A stretch of DNA of 64,000 nucleotides, taken from assembly GCA_964416425.1 (NCBI GenBank), contig CAYQEC010000001.1:149696-213695 (forward strand), written 5' to 3'. Positions within the stretch are counted from its first letter, which is position 1, and every line of letters begins with the position of its first letter. Shown here piece after piece: positions 22,701 to 31,553 of this stretch. The DNA is from an uncultured Acidimicrobiaceae bacterium (lineage in GTDB: Bacteria; Actinomycetota; Acidimicrobiia; Spongiisociales; UBA5794). Under the pieces are notes generated by a model, which searched no databases, was not told where the DNA came from, and saw nothing but the letters and a program-made list of their open reading frames with translations. Both the position numbers and the translations under genes were made by a program.

Positions 22701-23111
22701 CTCCTCGGTCCCGGCGGTGATGACGATCGGGGCCGGTGACGACACGCCGAGTCGCTGGGTCACCGCCCGCACCGATCCGACGACGATCGTCCCCGGCGTC
22801 CCGGCGCCGAGCCGGTGGCGGGCCTCGTTGCGGTGCGCCATCGTCGCCACGTTGGGGGAGACGTGCTCGAACGGCAGGGTGCCCCAGGCGGGGAGCAGCA
22901 GCACGTCGTCGCTGAAGAGTGCCAGGTCGTCGGCCAGCTCCTCGGCGACGCGCTCCCCGGGCACGACCGCCACCAGGGGCCGATCGAGCCGGGCGGCGAT
23001 GCCCGCGGTGGCGACGGCGCGCAGCGCCGGCGGTACGACGAGCCGGTCACCGGGTCCGGGACGGACGGCCGCCGGCCACCGCCGGACGAGCGGGAACAAG
23101 GGAGCGGTCAC
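19752..23111 (-). CDS. mfd: Transcription-repair coupling factor
   Basis: UvrB-like N-terminus, CarD/RID (GDYVVHYHHGIGRF), GDVGFGKTEVA, DEEQRFGV, QLRGRVGRS, TRCF domain. Start approximate. Confidence 0.96.
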   Translation of the reverse strand: MTAPLFPLVRRWPAAVRPGPGDRLVVPPALRAVATAGIAARLDRPLVAVVPGERVAEELADDLALFSDDVLLLPAWGTLPFEHVSPNVATMAHRNEARHRLGAGTPGTIVVGSVRAVTQRLGVSSPAPIVITAGTEEPFEALVERLAAAGYHHTDRVEARGEFAVRGGIVDLFPAQGEVPCRIEFWGDEVDGIRRFAVGSQRSVEEVAEVVAFPARELRPDPTVRARAAELVSTQPWAAATWDRIAAGVHFQGMESWLPWLAPERTLLDEVPGALVVLFDPAQSRARSGELQREEADLAASLAPTWGQGAPPAGDHPSLYLPLRDDEVVAAPPLAAGPDDAAVELRGLDAVPADADSLVTALRRWQERGVAMVVAMDGEAAATRVHRALSDAGYDLPVRQALERVEPAVIALGIHHGFVSPTLGCGVVGEHEIAGRRRSHRRVRHPAGGTAEVAYRDLTPGDYVVHYHHGIGRFEGLVHREIADVERDYLLIAYHGQDRLYVPTDALAAVRRYTGGETPRLSRMGGADWAATRGKVRKAAAVVAEEVVDLHRRRTRATGHPFEPDGPWQHEFEAAFPYEETPDQMTAIGDMKRDMETPEPMDRLIFGDVGFGKTEVALRGAFKAVQGGRQVAVLVPTTLLAQQHASTFEERLAPYPVRVEMLSRFLTSAQQRQVVAAIASGAVDIVIGTHRLLSDDIVFKNLGLLVVDEEQRFGVASKDRLKRLRTSVDVLTLTATPIPRTLEMALTGIREVSHIRTPPEDRHPILTYVGPYDEPAVSAAIRRELLREGQVFYVHNRIQSIDRAVAHLRELVPDARYAVAHGRMSEGQLEQVMYDFWNHEYDVLVATTIIESGLDLPQVNTLLVERADRLGLGQLYQLRGRVGRSSQRAYAYLFHPEEQTLGEEAYRRLEAIGEFSDLGSGFELAMRDLEIRGAGSILGETQAGHIAAVGFDLYVELVADAVAELKGEEAPVVEAPEVRIDLPVDAHLPEDYVSGGNERLEAYRRLAAATTPAGVDDVAAEWRDRYGEPPPPARSLLDVARLRVEALRVGLGEIVKVRNEIRLSPVALRESQQVRLGRLARGAVIRGERLFLPAPRGALLDSQLSFIRRMWPPVDEEPT

Positions 23112-23170
23112 GAGCACGCCATCGTACTCCCCGGGTGAGAACGGGAACCGGGGCCGGTGACCGCCCGGAA

Positions 23171-23725
23171 CTAGGCGGGGACCTCCTTGAAGGCGTGGCC
23201 GTAACGGGCAAAGTAGTCCCACGCCGACAGCAGCGTCGCCGCCACCGCCACCAGCATGGCCCACTCGTCGAGGAAGAACGGCCCCAGCTCCGAGCTGGGC
23301 CGGATCATCGCCAATCCGATGGCGGTGAACTGGAAGGCCGCCTTCCATTTGCCCCAGAAGCTCGGGGGGACCGTCGACTTGCCGAGGGCGGCCACTCCGC
23401 GCAGGCCCATCACCGCCAGCTCCCGCCCGATAATCACGAACGCGGCCCACGACCAGGCGCGCTGCACCTCGATGAGGACCAGCAGGCTTCCGGTGACGAG
23501 GACCTTGTCGGCGACCGAGTCGAGGAAGGCCCCGAGCACGGTGGTGATCTCCCAGCGCCGGGCCAGGTAGCCGTCGACGTAGTCGGTGACGGCGGCGACG
23601 ACGAACACGGTGAGGGCGATGCCGAAGGCGTGGTCGATGCGGTCCGAGAGCAGCACGAATGCCATCACGACCGGCGTGAGGCCGATCCGCACGTAGGCGA
23701 GCAGGTTGGGGAGGTTCACAGCCAT
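23171..23725 (-). CDS. pgsA: CDP-alcohol phosphatidyltransferase (PgsA family)
   Basis: NLPNLL..VRI; TDYVDGYLARR...LGAFLDSVADK motif. Confidence 0.9.
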   Translation of the reverse strand: MAVNLPNLLAYVRIGLTPVVMAFVLLSDRIDHAFGIALTVFVVAAVTDYVDGYLARRWEITTVLGAFLDSVADKVLVTGSLLVLIEVQRAWSWAAFVIIGRELAVMGLRGVAALGKSTVPPSFWGKWKAAFQFTAIGLAMIRPSSELGPFFLDEWAMLVAVAATLLSAWDYFARYGHAFKEVPA

Positions 23726-23818
23726 TCCCTCGTTGCGATCTGGTGCGATGCTAAACGGTGGCGCCGGCCGGTTTCAGGTCGAGTGCGTCTTGGCGGCGGG
23801 GCGGGCGCGGCGCGGACC

Positions 23819-25297
23819 TCAGTCGAGCCATCCGAAGCTCTTCGTGACGGCCTTGGCCCAGCGGGACCGCAGGTGGCGGCGACGCTCCTCGTCCATGGCG
23901 GGTTCGAAGCGGCGGGCCTCGACCCAGTGCTCCCGCACCTCGTCGATCCCGCTCCAGAATCCGGTGGCGAGGCCGGCGGCATAGGCCGCCCCCAGCGCCG
24001 AGGTCTCGGTGACGGCGGGGCGCACTACCGGCACCCCGAGTACGTCGGCCTGGAACTGCATCATCAGCTCGTTGCCGACCATGCCGCCGTCGACCTTCAG
24101 CTCCCGGAGCTGCACCCCGGCGTCGGCCTCCATCGCCTCCAGCACGTCGCAGCTCCGGAAGGCGGTCGCTTCCAACACGGCGCGGGCGACATGACCGGCC
24201 TCGCTGTACTGGGTGAGCCCCGCGATGATCCCTCTCGCGTCGGCGCGCCAGTAGGGGGCGAAGAGGCCGGAGAAGGCCGGCACGAAGTAGACGTCCCCGT
24301 TGTCCCGGACCCGGGAGGCGAGCTCCTCGATGTCCTCCGCCTCCGAGATGAGCCCGAGCTTGTCCCGCAGCCATTGCACTCCGGCCCCGGCGATGGCGAC
24401 CGAGCCTTCCAGGGCGTAGTGAGGCTTGCCGTCTCCCACCTGGTAGGCGACGGTGGACAGCAGGCCCTGGGAGGAGCGCACGATGCGCAGCCCGGTGTTG
24501 AGGAGCAGGAAGCACCCGGTGCCGTAGGTGTTCTTGGCGTCTCCCTGCCCGAAGCACGCCTGGCCGAACATGGCGGCCTGCTGGTCGCCAAGGATGCCCC
24601 CGACCGGGACCCCTTCCAGGATGCCGCGGGCCCGGCCCACCACCCCGACCGAGGGCACGATGCGGGGCAGCATGGCGGCGGGGACCCCGACGGCGGTGAG
24701 CAACGACTCGTCCCATGCCGTCGTGGCGAGGTCCATGAGCAGGGTGCGACTGGCGTTGGTGACGTCGGTGACGTGCTCCCCGGTCAGGTTCCAGGCGAGC
24801 CACGAGTCGACCGTGCCGAAGAGGGCCGAGCCCGCCTCGGCGCGGCGGCGCAGCCCGGGGACATGGTCGAGCAGCCAACGCAACTTGGGTCCGGAGAAGT
24901 AGGTGCTGAGCGGCAGCCCGGTGGCGGCCCGGAAACGCTCCGGGCCCTCCTCACCGCCCAGCTCCCGGCACAGCTCGGCGGTCCGGGTGTCCTGCCAGAC
25001 GATCACCGGCGCCAGCGGATCGCCGCTGTCGGGATCCCACACGACGGTGGATTCCCGCTGGTTGCTGATGCCGACCGCCGCCAGCTCGGAGGCGGAGCTG
25101 CCGAGAGCGTCGAGCGCCTCGGTGATCACGATCTCGGTGTTGGCCCAGATCTCGAGGGCGTCGTGCTCCACCCAGCCCGGCTGCGGGGTGATCTGGGAGT
25201 GTTCCCGCTGCGCCATCGCCACGATGGCGCCGGAATGGTCGACGACGGCGAAGCGGGTGCTGGTGGTGCCCTGATCGATCGCTCCGATGTAGGCCAC
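23819..25297 (-). CDS. glpK: Glycerol kinase
   Basis: [46 protein letters not shown] motifs. Confidence 0.96.
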   Translation of the reverse strand: MAYIGAIDQGTTSTRFAVVDHSGAIVAMAQREHSQITPQPGWVEHDALEIWANTEIVITEALDALGSSASELAAVGISNQRESTVVWDPDSGDPLAPVIVWQDTRTAELCRELGGEEGPERFRAATGLPLSTYFSGPKLRWLLDHVPGLRRRAEAGSALFGTVDSWLAWNLTGEHVTDVTNASRTLLMDLATTAWDESLLTAVGVPAAMLPRIVPSVGVVGRARGILEGVPVGGILGDQQAAMFGQACFGQGDAKNTYGTGCFLLLNTGLRIVRSSQGLLSTVAYQVGDGKPHYALEGSVAIAGAGVQWLRDKLGLISEAEDIEELASRVRDNGDVYFVPAFSGLFAPYWRADARGIIAGLTQYSEAGHVARAVLEATAFRSCDVLEAMEADAGVQLRELKVDGGMVGNELMMQFQADVLGVPVVRPAVTETSALGAAYAAGLATGFWSGIDEVREHWVEARRFEPAMDEERRRHLRSRWAKAVTKSFGWLD

Positions 25298-25309
25298 GGC
25301 TCCTCCTCG

Positions 25310-25900
25310 TCATCCGCCCGGGCTCAGCTCGCCGGCGGCCTGACGGGCCGCCTCGCTGCCGTCGGTCACGAAGCGTTCCAGCACGTCGCCCCCGGCGACG
25401 ATCACGTGCTCGACCTCGGCACGTTCCGCCGTGCTGAAGCGGCGCAGCACGAACACTGCCGGGTCTATGGTGCCCGGCGGGCGGCCCACCCCGCACTTGA
25501 GGCGCCAGAACGACGACGTGCCGAGGGCGGCGATCACCGAGCGTGCCCCGTTGTTGCCCCCCGAGCCTCGGTCGTGCTGGAGGCGCAGCTTGGCGAACGG
25601 CAGGTCGATGTCGTCGTGGACGACCACGAGGTCGTCGAGGGCGGCATGGTGGTAGCGGACCAGCGGCGCCACCGCACCCCCCGACTCGTTCATGAAGGTG
25701 CGCGGAATCGCCAGCACGGCCCGAGCGCCGGCGATGCGGATCTCGGCGACGTCGGCCCGGACGAAGCGGCGGGCCCGCCGGAACCGCCCTCCGTGTCGTT
25801 CACCGAGGGCAGCGACGATCTCGGCGCCAAGGTTGTGGCGCGAGCCGTCGTAGTTGGAGCCCGGGTTGCGGAGCCCGACGATGACCGGGAGGCGATCCGT
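25310..25900 (-). CDS. pth: Peptidyl-tRNA hydrolase (no canonical start codon; ACG at 25900 is the best candidate)
   Basis: Frame open from the rplY stop: VIVGLRNPG..Y..SRHNLG, PRTFMNESG, VVHDDID, LRRFS. The track ORF from 25717 lacks the conserved N-terminus. Confidence 0.88.
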   Translation of the reverse strand, partial: TDRLPVIVGLRNPGSNYDGSRHNLGAEIVAALGERHGGRFRRARRFVRADVAEIRIAGARAVLAIPRTFMNESGGAVAPLVRYHHAALDDLVVVHDDIDLPFAKLRLQHDRGSGGNNGARSVIAALGTSSFWRLKCGVGRPPGTIDPAVFVLRRFSTAERAEVEHVIVAGGDVLERFVTDGSEAARQAAGELSPGG

Positions 25901-25906
25901 GACGGG

Positions 25907-26572
25907 TCAGCCTTCCTCGTTCTCCGCCGACTCCTCCTCGGCGGCCTCCTCGGCGGCCCCGACCTCTGCACCCTCTTCCAGCTCCTCCTCGGCCGACACC
26001 TCTTCCTCCTCGGCACGGGGCGCCAGGACGGTGACGAGGGGACGGTCGAGATCGTCGAGGTAGACGACGCCCTCGACCTCGGGGAGATCGGACACCTTCA
26101 ACGTGTCGCCGATGTGGAGCTCGTCGATCGAGATCGCGATCAACGACGGGATCGCCGTCGGCAACGCCGAGATGAGAACGGCGTTGGCGATCATCTCGAC
26201 GAAACCGCCCTCGTCGGTCACCCCTGGAGGGATGCCGACGAAGTCGAGGGCGACCTCGGCTTCGATCGCCTCGTCGAGCGAGACCTTGATGAGGTCGAGA
26301 TGGGTGATCTCGCCCCGCACCGGGTGGTACTGGAGTTCCCGGGCGACGGCGAGCACGGTGTCTCCGCCCTCCACCTCGACGTTGATGAGAGCGTTGAGGC
26401 CGGCTTCGGTGTGGAGCGCCACGTAGAGATCGTGGCTGTTCACGGCCACCGGAACGGCATCGGAGCCTCTCCCGTAGACCACGCCGGGCACCATGCCGGC
26501 GCGGCGCAGGCGCCGGGACGGGCGTGTACCGGCTTCGACGCGCTGCTGGGCGCGCAACGTCACCTGCTCCAT
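25907..26572 (-). CDS. rplY: 50S ribosomal protein L25/Ctc
   Basis: SRRLRRAGMVPGVVYG, ELQYHPVRGEITHLDL, acidic C-terminal tail. Confidence 0.95.
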   Translation of the reverse strand: MEQVTLRAQQRVEAGTRPSRRLRRAGMVPGVVYGRGSDAVPVAVNSHDLYVALHTEAGLNALINVEVEGGDTVLAVARELQYHPVRGEITHLDLIKVSLDEAIEAEVALDFVGIPPGVTDEGGFVEMIANAVLISALPTAIPSLIAISIDELHIGDTLKVSDLPEVEGVVYLDDLDRPLVTVLAPRAEEEEVSAEEELEEGAEVGAAEEAAEEESAENEEG

Positions 26573-26718
26573 TGTTGACGACTCCTCGTGTGTGCTTCGA
26601 TGCTGATCAGCCGGGATCGGCCGCGTCCATGGCGTCCAGACCGCCGGGAGTGAGCCACATTATGCGCCCTCCTGCGTTCGGGGGCAAAGGCCGGCCGTCT
26701 CTGCGGCGCCCGGTGCCG

Positions 26719-27126
26719 TCAGCCGGGGAGGAAACTGAGGCGGAGTGAGCGGCGCGGGTTGTCGCCGTTGGGGTCAACGAGCACGATCGACTGCCAGGTT
26801 CCCAGTGCCGGGCGGCCGTCGACGACGGGGATCGTCAGGGTCGGTGCCACCAGGGCGGGAATCACGTGGTCGGCTCCGTGCCCGGGTGAGCCGTGCCGGT
26901 GGCGGTAGCGACCGTCGTCCCGCGGCACCAGCTCGTCGAGCACGTCCATCAGATCGGCGTCGCTGCCGGCCCCGGTCTCGATGATCGCCAGCCCGGCGGT
27001 GGCGTGGGGAGCGAAGACCGATACCAGGCCGTCGCCCTTGCCGGCGGTGAACCCGACCACCTCGGCGGTGACGTCGAATACGCCGCGGCGACGCCCGGTG
27101 TCGAGCTGGATGACGGTGGTGTCCAT
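26719..27126 (-). CDS. yjbQ: YjbQ/UPF0047 family protein
   Basis: PHATAGL, YRHRHGSPGHGADH, ALGTWQSIVLVD motifs. Confidence 0.88.
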   Translation of the reverse strand: MDTTVIQLDTGRRRGVFDVTAEVVGFTAGKGDGLVSVFAPHATAGLAIIETGAGSDADLMDVLDELVPRDDGRYRHRHGSPGHGADHVIPALVAPTLTIPVVDGRPALGTWQSIVLVDPNGDNPRRSLRLSFLPG

Positions 27127-27160
27127 GGTCCCTCCTGCGCCCATGCCGCGGCCGGCGGTG

Positions 27161-28132
27161 TCAGATGTTCTCGCCGGCGAAGATCTCGCTCACGGAAGCG
27201 TCGGTGAAGATGGCGTTGATGGCGCCGGCGAGCAGGGAGCCGATCGAGAGCACGGTGAGCTGGTCGAGATCGGCGGCGGCGTCCGGCACCGGCAAGGTGT
27301 TGGCGATCACGACCTGGTCGATCGGGGCGTTCTTGATGCGGTCGACCGCCGGCTCGGAGAGCACACCGTGGGTGGCCACCAGCAGCACGCTGAGGGCGCC
27401 GCGGGCGTGGAGGAGGTGAGCGGCCTCGGTGGCGGTGCCGGCGGTGTCGATCATGTCGTCGACGATGATGCAGTGGCGGCCGGTGACGTCGCCCACCACC
27501 TCGAGGGCGGCGACCTGGTTGCGCTCGTCGGTGCTGCGCCGCTTATGCACGAAAGCCACGGTGGCGTCGAGGTGACGGGCGTACTTGGTGGCCAGCTTGA
27601 CCCGGCCCGAGTCGGGGGACACGATCGTGGTGGGGCCGTTGCCGCGTCGCTTCAGGTAGTCGACGAACACCGGGAGGGCGGTGAGGTGGTCGAACGGGGC
27701 GTCGATGAAGCCCTGGACCTGGCCGGTGTGGAGGTCGACCGAGACGATCCGATCGGCGCCGGCGACCCGGAACAGGTCGCCGACGAGACGGGCCGTGATC
27801 GGCTCGCGGGGCCGTCCCTTCTTGTCCTGTCGGGCGTAGGCGTAGAACGGCACCACCGCCGTGATCCGCTTCGCCGAGGCGCGCTTCAGGGCGTCGATCA
27901 TGATCAACTGCTCCATCAGGTGGAAGTTGATCGGCTGGGTGTGGCTCTGGATCACGAAGCAGTCGGCGCCGCGCACGCTCTCGGTGTAGTGGATGTAGAT
28001 CTCGCCGTTGGCGAAAACCGACCGTTCCACCTTGCCGAGATCGACGCCGAGGATGTTGGCGACTTCCCGGGCCAGTCCCTCATAGGCCGAGCCCGAGAAC
28101 ACCATGAGGCGCTTCCGCCCCGAGATCTCCAT
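27161..28132 (-). CDS. prs: Ribose-phosphate pyrophosphokinase
   Basis: FANGEIY, YAYARQDKK, VDLHTGQVQGF, VSPDSG, IVDDMIDTAGT motifs. Confidence 0.97.
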   Translation of the reverse strand: MEISGRKRLMVFSGSAYEGLAREVANILGVDLGKVERSVFANGEIYIHYTESVRGADCFVIQSHTQPINFHLMEQLIMIDALKRASAKRITAVVPFYAYARQDKKGRPREPITARLVGDLFRVAGADRIVSVDLHTGQVQGFIDAPFDHLTALPVFVDYLKRRGNGPTTIVSPDSGRVKLATKYARHLDATVAFVHKRRSTDERNQVAALEVVGDVTGRHCIIVDDMIDTAGTATEAAHLLHARGALSVLLVATHGVLSEPAVDRIKNAPIDQVVIANTLPVPDAAADLDQLTVLSIGSLLAGAINAIFTDASVSEIFAGENI

Positions 28133-28206
28133 CCTCCGCAATCCTCCCCGCTGAGGCACCGCGCAGCGTAGCTCAGGATCGCGGGCAACGACCAACCCGT
28201 GACGGG

Positions 28207-28956
28207 TCAGCCGGGGAGCCCGTCCGGTGCTCCGGTGGAGCCGCGCCGCCGCAGGGCGGCCTCGGCGGCGGCGAGCTGATCGAGCGAATTCACCCCCAGC
28301 GCCTCCTCGGCGGCGGCGCTCACTGCCGCCAGCCGTTCCCCCCTCCGGGCGAGGATCCCGATGACGTCGGTGAGATACAGCTCCCCCTGGTCGTTGTCGG
28401 GTTGGAGAGCGGCGAGGGCTTCGGCCAGCAGCGTGCCGTCGAAGACGTACACCGAGGTGTTGACCTCGCGGATGGCCGCCTCTTGGGGCGTGGCGTCGCG
28501 GGCCTCGACCACGGCGACGACCACCCCGTCCCTCCGCACGATCCGCCCGAAGTCGCGCGGCCCGTCGACGACCGAAAGCAGCGTGGCCGCCGCTCGCTCC
28601 CGGCGGTGGGTGTCGAGCAGCCTGCGGAGGGTGGAGGGACGCACGAGGGGCATGTCGCCCGGGAGCACCAGGATCTCGTCTCCGGGGGCCGGATCGAGGG
28701 CGGCGAGGCCGATCTGGGTGGCGTGCCCGGTCCCGTGCTGCTCGGCCTGGAGCGCGGTCCGGGTCCCGGGAGGCAGGATCGCCTCCACCGCGTCGGCTTG
28801 GTGCCCGACGACGACCACCAGGTCGTCGCACCCGATCTCCGCCGCGGAGTCGAGCACCCACTGCAGCAGGGGCCGTCCCGCCACCCGGTGGAGGACCTTG
28901 GCCCGGTCGGATTTCATCCGGGTGCCCTTGCCGGCGGCGAGCACGATCGCCTTCAT
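28207..28956 (-). CDS. glmU: GlmU N-terminal uridylyltransferase domain only (249 aa)
   Basis: ILAAGKGTRMKS...KVLH, QHGTGHA, GDMPL, EVNTSVY, NDQGELYLTD, GVNS..QLA.AE; stops where the LbH domain would begin; between tRNA-Gln and prs. Confidence 0.85.
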   Translation of the reverse strand: MKAIVLAAGKGTRMKSDRAKVLHRVAGRPLLQWVLDSAAEIGCDDLVVVVGHQADAVEAILPPGTRTALQAEQHGTGHATQIGLAALDPAPGDEILVLPGDMPLVRPSTLRRLLDTHRRERAAATLLSVVDGPRDFGRIVRRDGVVVAVVEARDATPQEAAIREVNTSVYVFDGTLLAEALAALQPDNDQGELYLTDVIGILARRGERLAAVSAAAEEALGVNSLDQLAAAEAALRRRGSTGAPDGLPG

Positions 28957-28985
28957 CGGATGGTGGCGGGGATCGGGGTCATTCG

Positions 28986-29057
28986 CTGGGGGGCCAGGAC
29001 TCGAACCCGGACTGAGTGGACCAAAACCACTTGTGCTGCCACTTACACCACCCCCCA
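28986..29057 (-). tRNA. tRNA-Gln(TTG)
   Basis: TGGGGGG/CCCCCCA acceptor stem, anticodon arm AGTGG-TTTTGGT-CCACT, GGTTCGAGTCC T-loop; CCA not encoded. Confidence 0.93.
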
Positions 29058-29094
29058 AAGGGTGAGCCCGGCGAGTGTACCCGGGCCGGCCGGT

Positions 29095-29964
29095 TCACTC
29101 CCCGGCGTCGTCGTCGGGGAGGGCCGCCCAGCCCCGCGGCACCGGTTCGACCGGGCGGGCGGCCCTGGCTCCTGCCGGCGCCCCCGCCACCGCCTCCCCC
29201 GCCTCGGCGCGGTCGAGGAAGAAGGCGTAGAGCGACGGCCCGCTGCCCGACATGAGCACCGGTCGGCCCCACCGCGTCGCAAGCTCGGACCGCCAGTCGT
29301 CCAGTTCCGGGCTGAGATCCGTCGCCGCCGCGAACAGGTCGTTGCCAAGCGGTCCCTCGTCCCGCAGCAGCGGCGGGAGGGCCGCCCCGCTGATCTCGCT
29401 CCCCCGCGGCTCGCCGAGCTCGTCCCACCGGGCGAACACCGCCGGGGTGGCCAACTCGACGGGGGGAACGACGACCCCGAGGGCGTACCCGCCGGCGAGC
29501 GGGCGAGGGTGGACCAGGTCGCCGCGCCCCTCGACCAGGGCAAGGCCGCCCTGGAGGCAGAACGGCACGTCGGAGCCGATGGTGGCGGCGAGCTGCTGCA
29601 CCTCGCTCGGCGCCATCGCGAACATCCGGCCGGCGAGGCCGAGCGCTGCAGCGGCGTCGGCGCTGCCGCCGCCGAGCCCGGCCGCCACCGGGATCTCCTT
29701 AGCGAGGCGGAGACGCATCGCCCGCCCCGACCCGGAGCGGTCCCGGACCGCCGCCGCCGCCCGCCAGGCGAGGTTGGCCCATCCCTCCGGCAGTTCATCA
29801 CCACCGGTGGCGGTCTCGGCCGTGTCCTCCTCGGCCACCTCGAGCTGCACCACGTCCCGCCAGTCGATCGACTGGAACAGCCCGTGGAGCGGGTGGTACC
29901 CGTCGGCGCGGCGTGTCCCCACCCGCAGACCCAGGTTGACCTTGGCGTAGGCATGGGCCCGCAT
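29095..29964 (-). CDS. ispE: 4-diphosphocytidyl-2-C-methyl-D-erythritol kinase
   Basis: AYAKVNLGL, KEIPVAAGLGGGSADAAA, GSDVPF, MSGSGPS motifs. Confidence 0.95.
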   Translation of the reverse strand: MRAHAYAKVNLGLRVGTRRADGYHPLHGLFQSIDWRDVVQLEVAEEDTAETATGGDELPEGWANLAWRAAAAVRDRSGSGRAMRLRLAKEIPVAAGLGGGSADAAAALGLAGRMFAMAPSEVQQLAATIGSDVPFCLQGGLALVEGRGDLVHPRPLAGGYALGVVVPPVELATPAVFARWDELGEPRGSEISGAALPPLLRDEGPLGNDLFAAATDLSPELDDWRSELATRWGRPVLMSGSGPSLYAFFLDRAEAGEAVAGAPAGARAARPVEPVPRGWAALPDDDAGE

Positions 29965-30788
29965 CAGAGCCCGACCTCGGCGTTGGCGAGATGGACGTAG
30001 TCCTCGGGGGCGAGGTCCTCGGCGCGGGCGGTGGGGTCGATCCCGGCCCGGGCCAGCAGCGGCCCCACGTCCTCCAGGGCCCCGGCCAGCGACCGGCGCA
30101 GCATCTTGCGCCGCTGGTTGAACGCCGCCGCCGCCAGCTGCACCGCCCGCTCCGCCGGGGCCGGCGGCTCGACCCGCACCAGCGTCACCACCGCCGAATC
30201 GACCCCGGGCTCGGGCACGAAGACCGCGGCCGGCACCGGGAACCCGAACCGGACCACGGCGTGGAGCTGCGCCACCACCGACGGCAGCCCGTAGGTTCGG
30301 CTCCCGGGACCGGCGGTGAGGCGATCGGCGACCTCGCGTTGCACCATGACCACCATGGAGGTGACCTGCGGCACGTGGCGGAGGACGTCGAGCAGCAGCG
30401 GCGTCCCGACGTGGTACGGCAGGTTGGCGACCAGGGTCCAGGGTCCACCCCGAAGGGCGGCGGCGAGGTCCACCTTGGTGGCGTCCTCGAACCGCACGTC
30501 CGCGGTGGAATCGCCCAGGGTCTCGGCCAGCACCGGTTCCAGGCCGCGGTCGATCTCGTAGGCGACGACCGCCGCCCCCGTGGCGGCGAGCGCCCGGGTG
30601 AGGGTGCCGGTCCCGGCCCCGATCTCGACGACGCGGTCTCCCGGTCCGACCCCGGCGGTGCGCACGATCCGCTCGACGAGGTTGGGGTCGGCGAGGAAGT
30701 GCTGGCCGAGCCGTTTGCGGGGCCGGTGGCGGTGCCGCTCCAGCAGGTCCCGCACCTGACGGCGCCCCTGGGGCCGCCCGCCGGTCAC
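29964..30788 (-). CDS. rsmA: 16S rRNA (A1518/A1519) dimethyltransferase
   Basis: KRLGQHFL, VEIGAGTGTLT, VANLPY, MVQREVADRL, QRRKMLR; GTGA overlap with tatD. Confidence 0.95.
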   Translation of the reverse strand: MTGGRPQGRRQVRDLLERHRHRPRKRLGQHFLADPNLVERIVRTAGVGPGDRVVEIGAGTGTLTRALAATGAAVVAYEIDRGLEPVLAETLGDSTADVRFEDATKVDLAAALRGGPWTLVANLPYHVGTPLLLDVLRHVPQVTSMVVMVQREVADRLTAGPGSRTYGLPSVVAQLHAVVRFGFPVPAAVFVPEPGVDSAVVTLVRVEPPAPAERAVQLAAAAFNQRRKMLRRSLAGALEDVGPLLARAGIDPTARAEDLAPEDYVHLANAEVGL

Positions 30789-31549
30789 GACGGGCCCCCG
30801 AAGACGCGGGCTGCGGTGGCGCTGGAGACGCGGGCGACCTCGGCCGGGTCGACCCCCCACACCTCGGCGAGCGCCGCCCCCACCAGCGGCACGAACGCCG
30901 GCTCGTTGGCCTCTCCCCGGTGAGGCGGGGGAGCGAGGTAGGGGCTGTCGGTCTCGACCATGGTGCGGTCCCGGGGAACGACCGCGGCAGCCCGGCGCAC
31001 CGTGTCGCCGTTGGGGAAGGCGACTGGCCCGGCGAAGGAGAACGTGACGCCGAGCTCGTCGAAGCGCTTGGTCCAACGGGGGCCGCCAGTCCAGCAGTGG
31101 AGCACGGCCCGCTCCCCCATCCCGGCGGCGGCGACCATCTCGTAGACGTCGGCGAAGGCGTCCCTGATGTGGATGATGGCCGGCTTGCCCAGGTCCCCCG
31201 CCAAGGAGAGCTGCGCCTGGAAGGCGCGGCGCTGGTCCTCGCGGGGGGAGAGGTCGCGGTAGTAGTCGAGACCGATCTCCCCGACCGCGTCGGCGGCGTG
31301 GATCAGCGCCTCGAGACGGCCCTGCTGCTCCGGCCAGTGCTCCGCCTCGTGAGGGTGGAGCCCGGCGGCCCACCGCACCCGTTCCGGGTGGTCGACCGCC
31401 ACCCGCCGCGCCTGGAGCGACGTTTCCAGGTCGACTCCGGGGCACACGAACCATTCGACCCCGGCGGCGGCGGCCCGGGCCAGGACCGCGTCGACCGGGT
31501 CCTCGACCATGAAGAGGTGACAGTGGCTATCGACCCAGCCGGTCGCCAT
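30785..31549 (-). CDS. tatD: TatD family hydrolase
   Basis: DSHCHL, GLHPH, GEIGLDYY, IHIRDA, LHCW, ETDSPYLAP motifs. Confidence 0.95.
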   Translation of the reverse strand: MATGWVDSHCHLFMVEDPVDAVLARAAAAGVEWFVCPGVDLETSLQARRVAVDHPERVRWAAGLHPHEAEHWPEQQGRLEALIHAADAVGEIGLDYYRDLSPREDQRRAFQAQLSLAGDLGKPAIIHIRDAFADVYEMVAAAGMGERAVLHCWTGGPRWTKRFDELGVTFSFAGPVAFPNGDTVRRAAAVVPRDRTMVETDSPYLAPPPHRGEANEPAFVPLVGAALAEVWGVDPAEVARVSSATAARVFGGPS

Positions 31550-31553
31550 GGTG

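Noticed and set aside
22919-26578. Very long antisense ORFs (e.g. 22919..26578, 1256..2986, 20151..21854, 31548..33407, 35179..36894)
   Set aside because: Shadow frames of real genes on the opposite strand; stop codons are rare at this GC content and the translations have no motifs.
26575-26680. TGGACGC direct repeat and hairpin in the rplY leader as an L25 autoregulatory element
   Set aside because: Short GC-rich match, with no resemblance I could establish to known L25 leaders.
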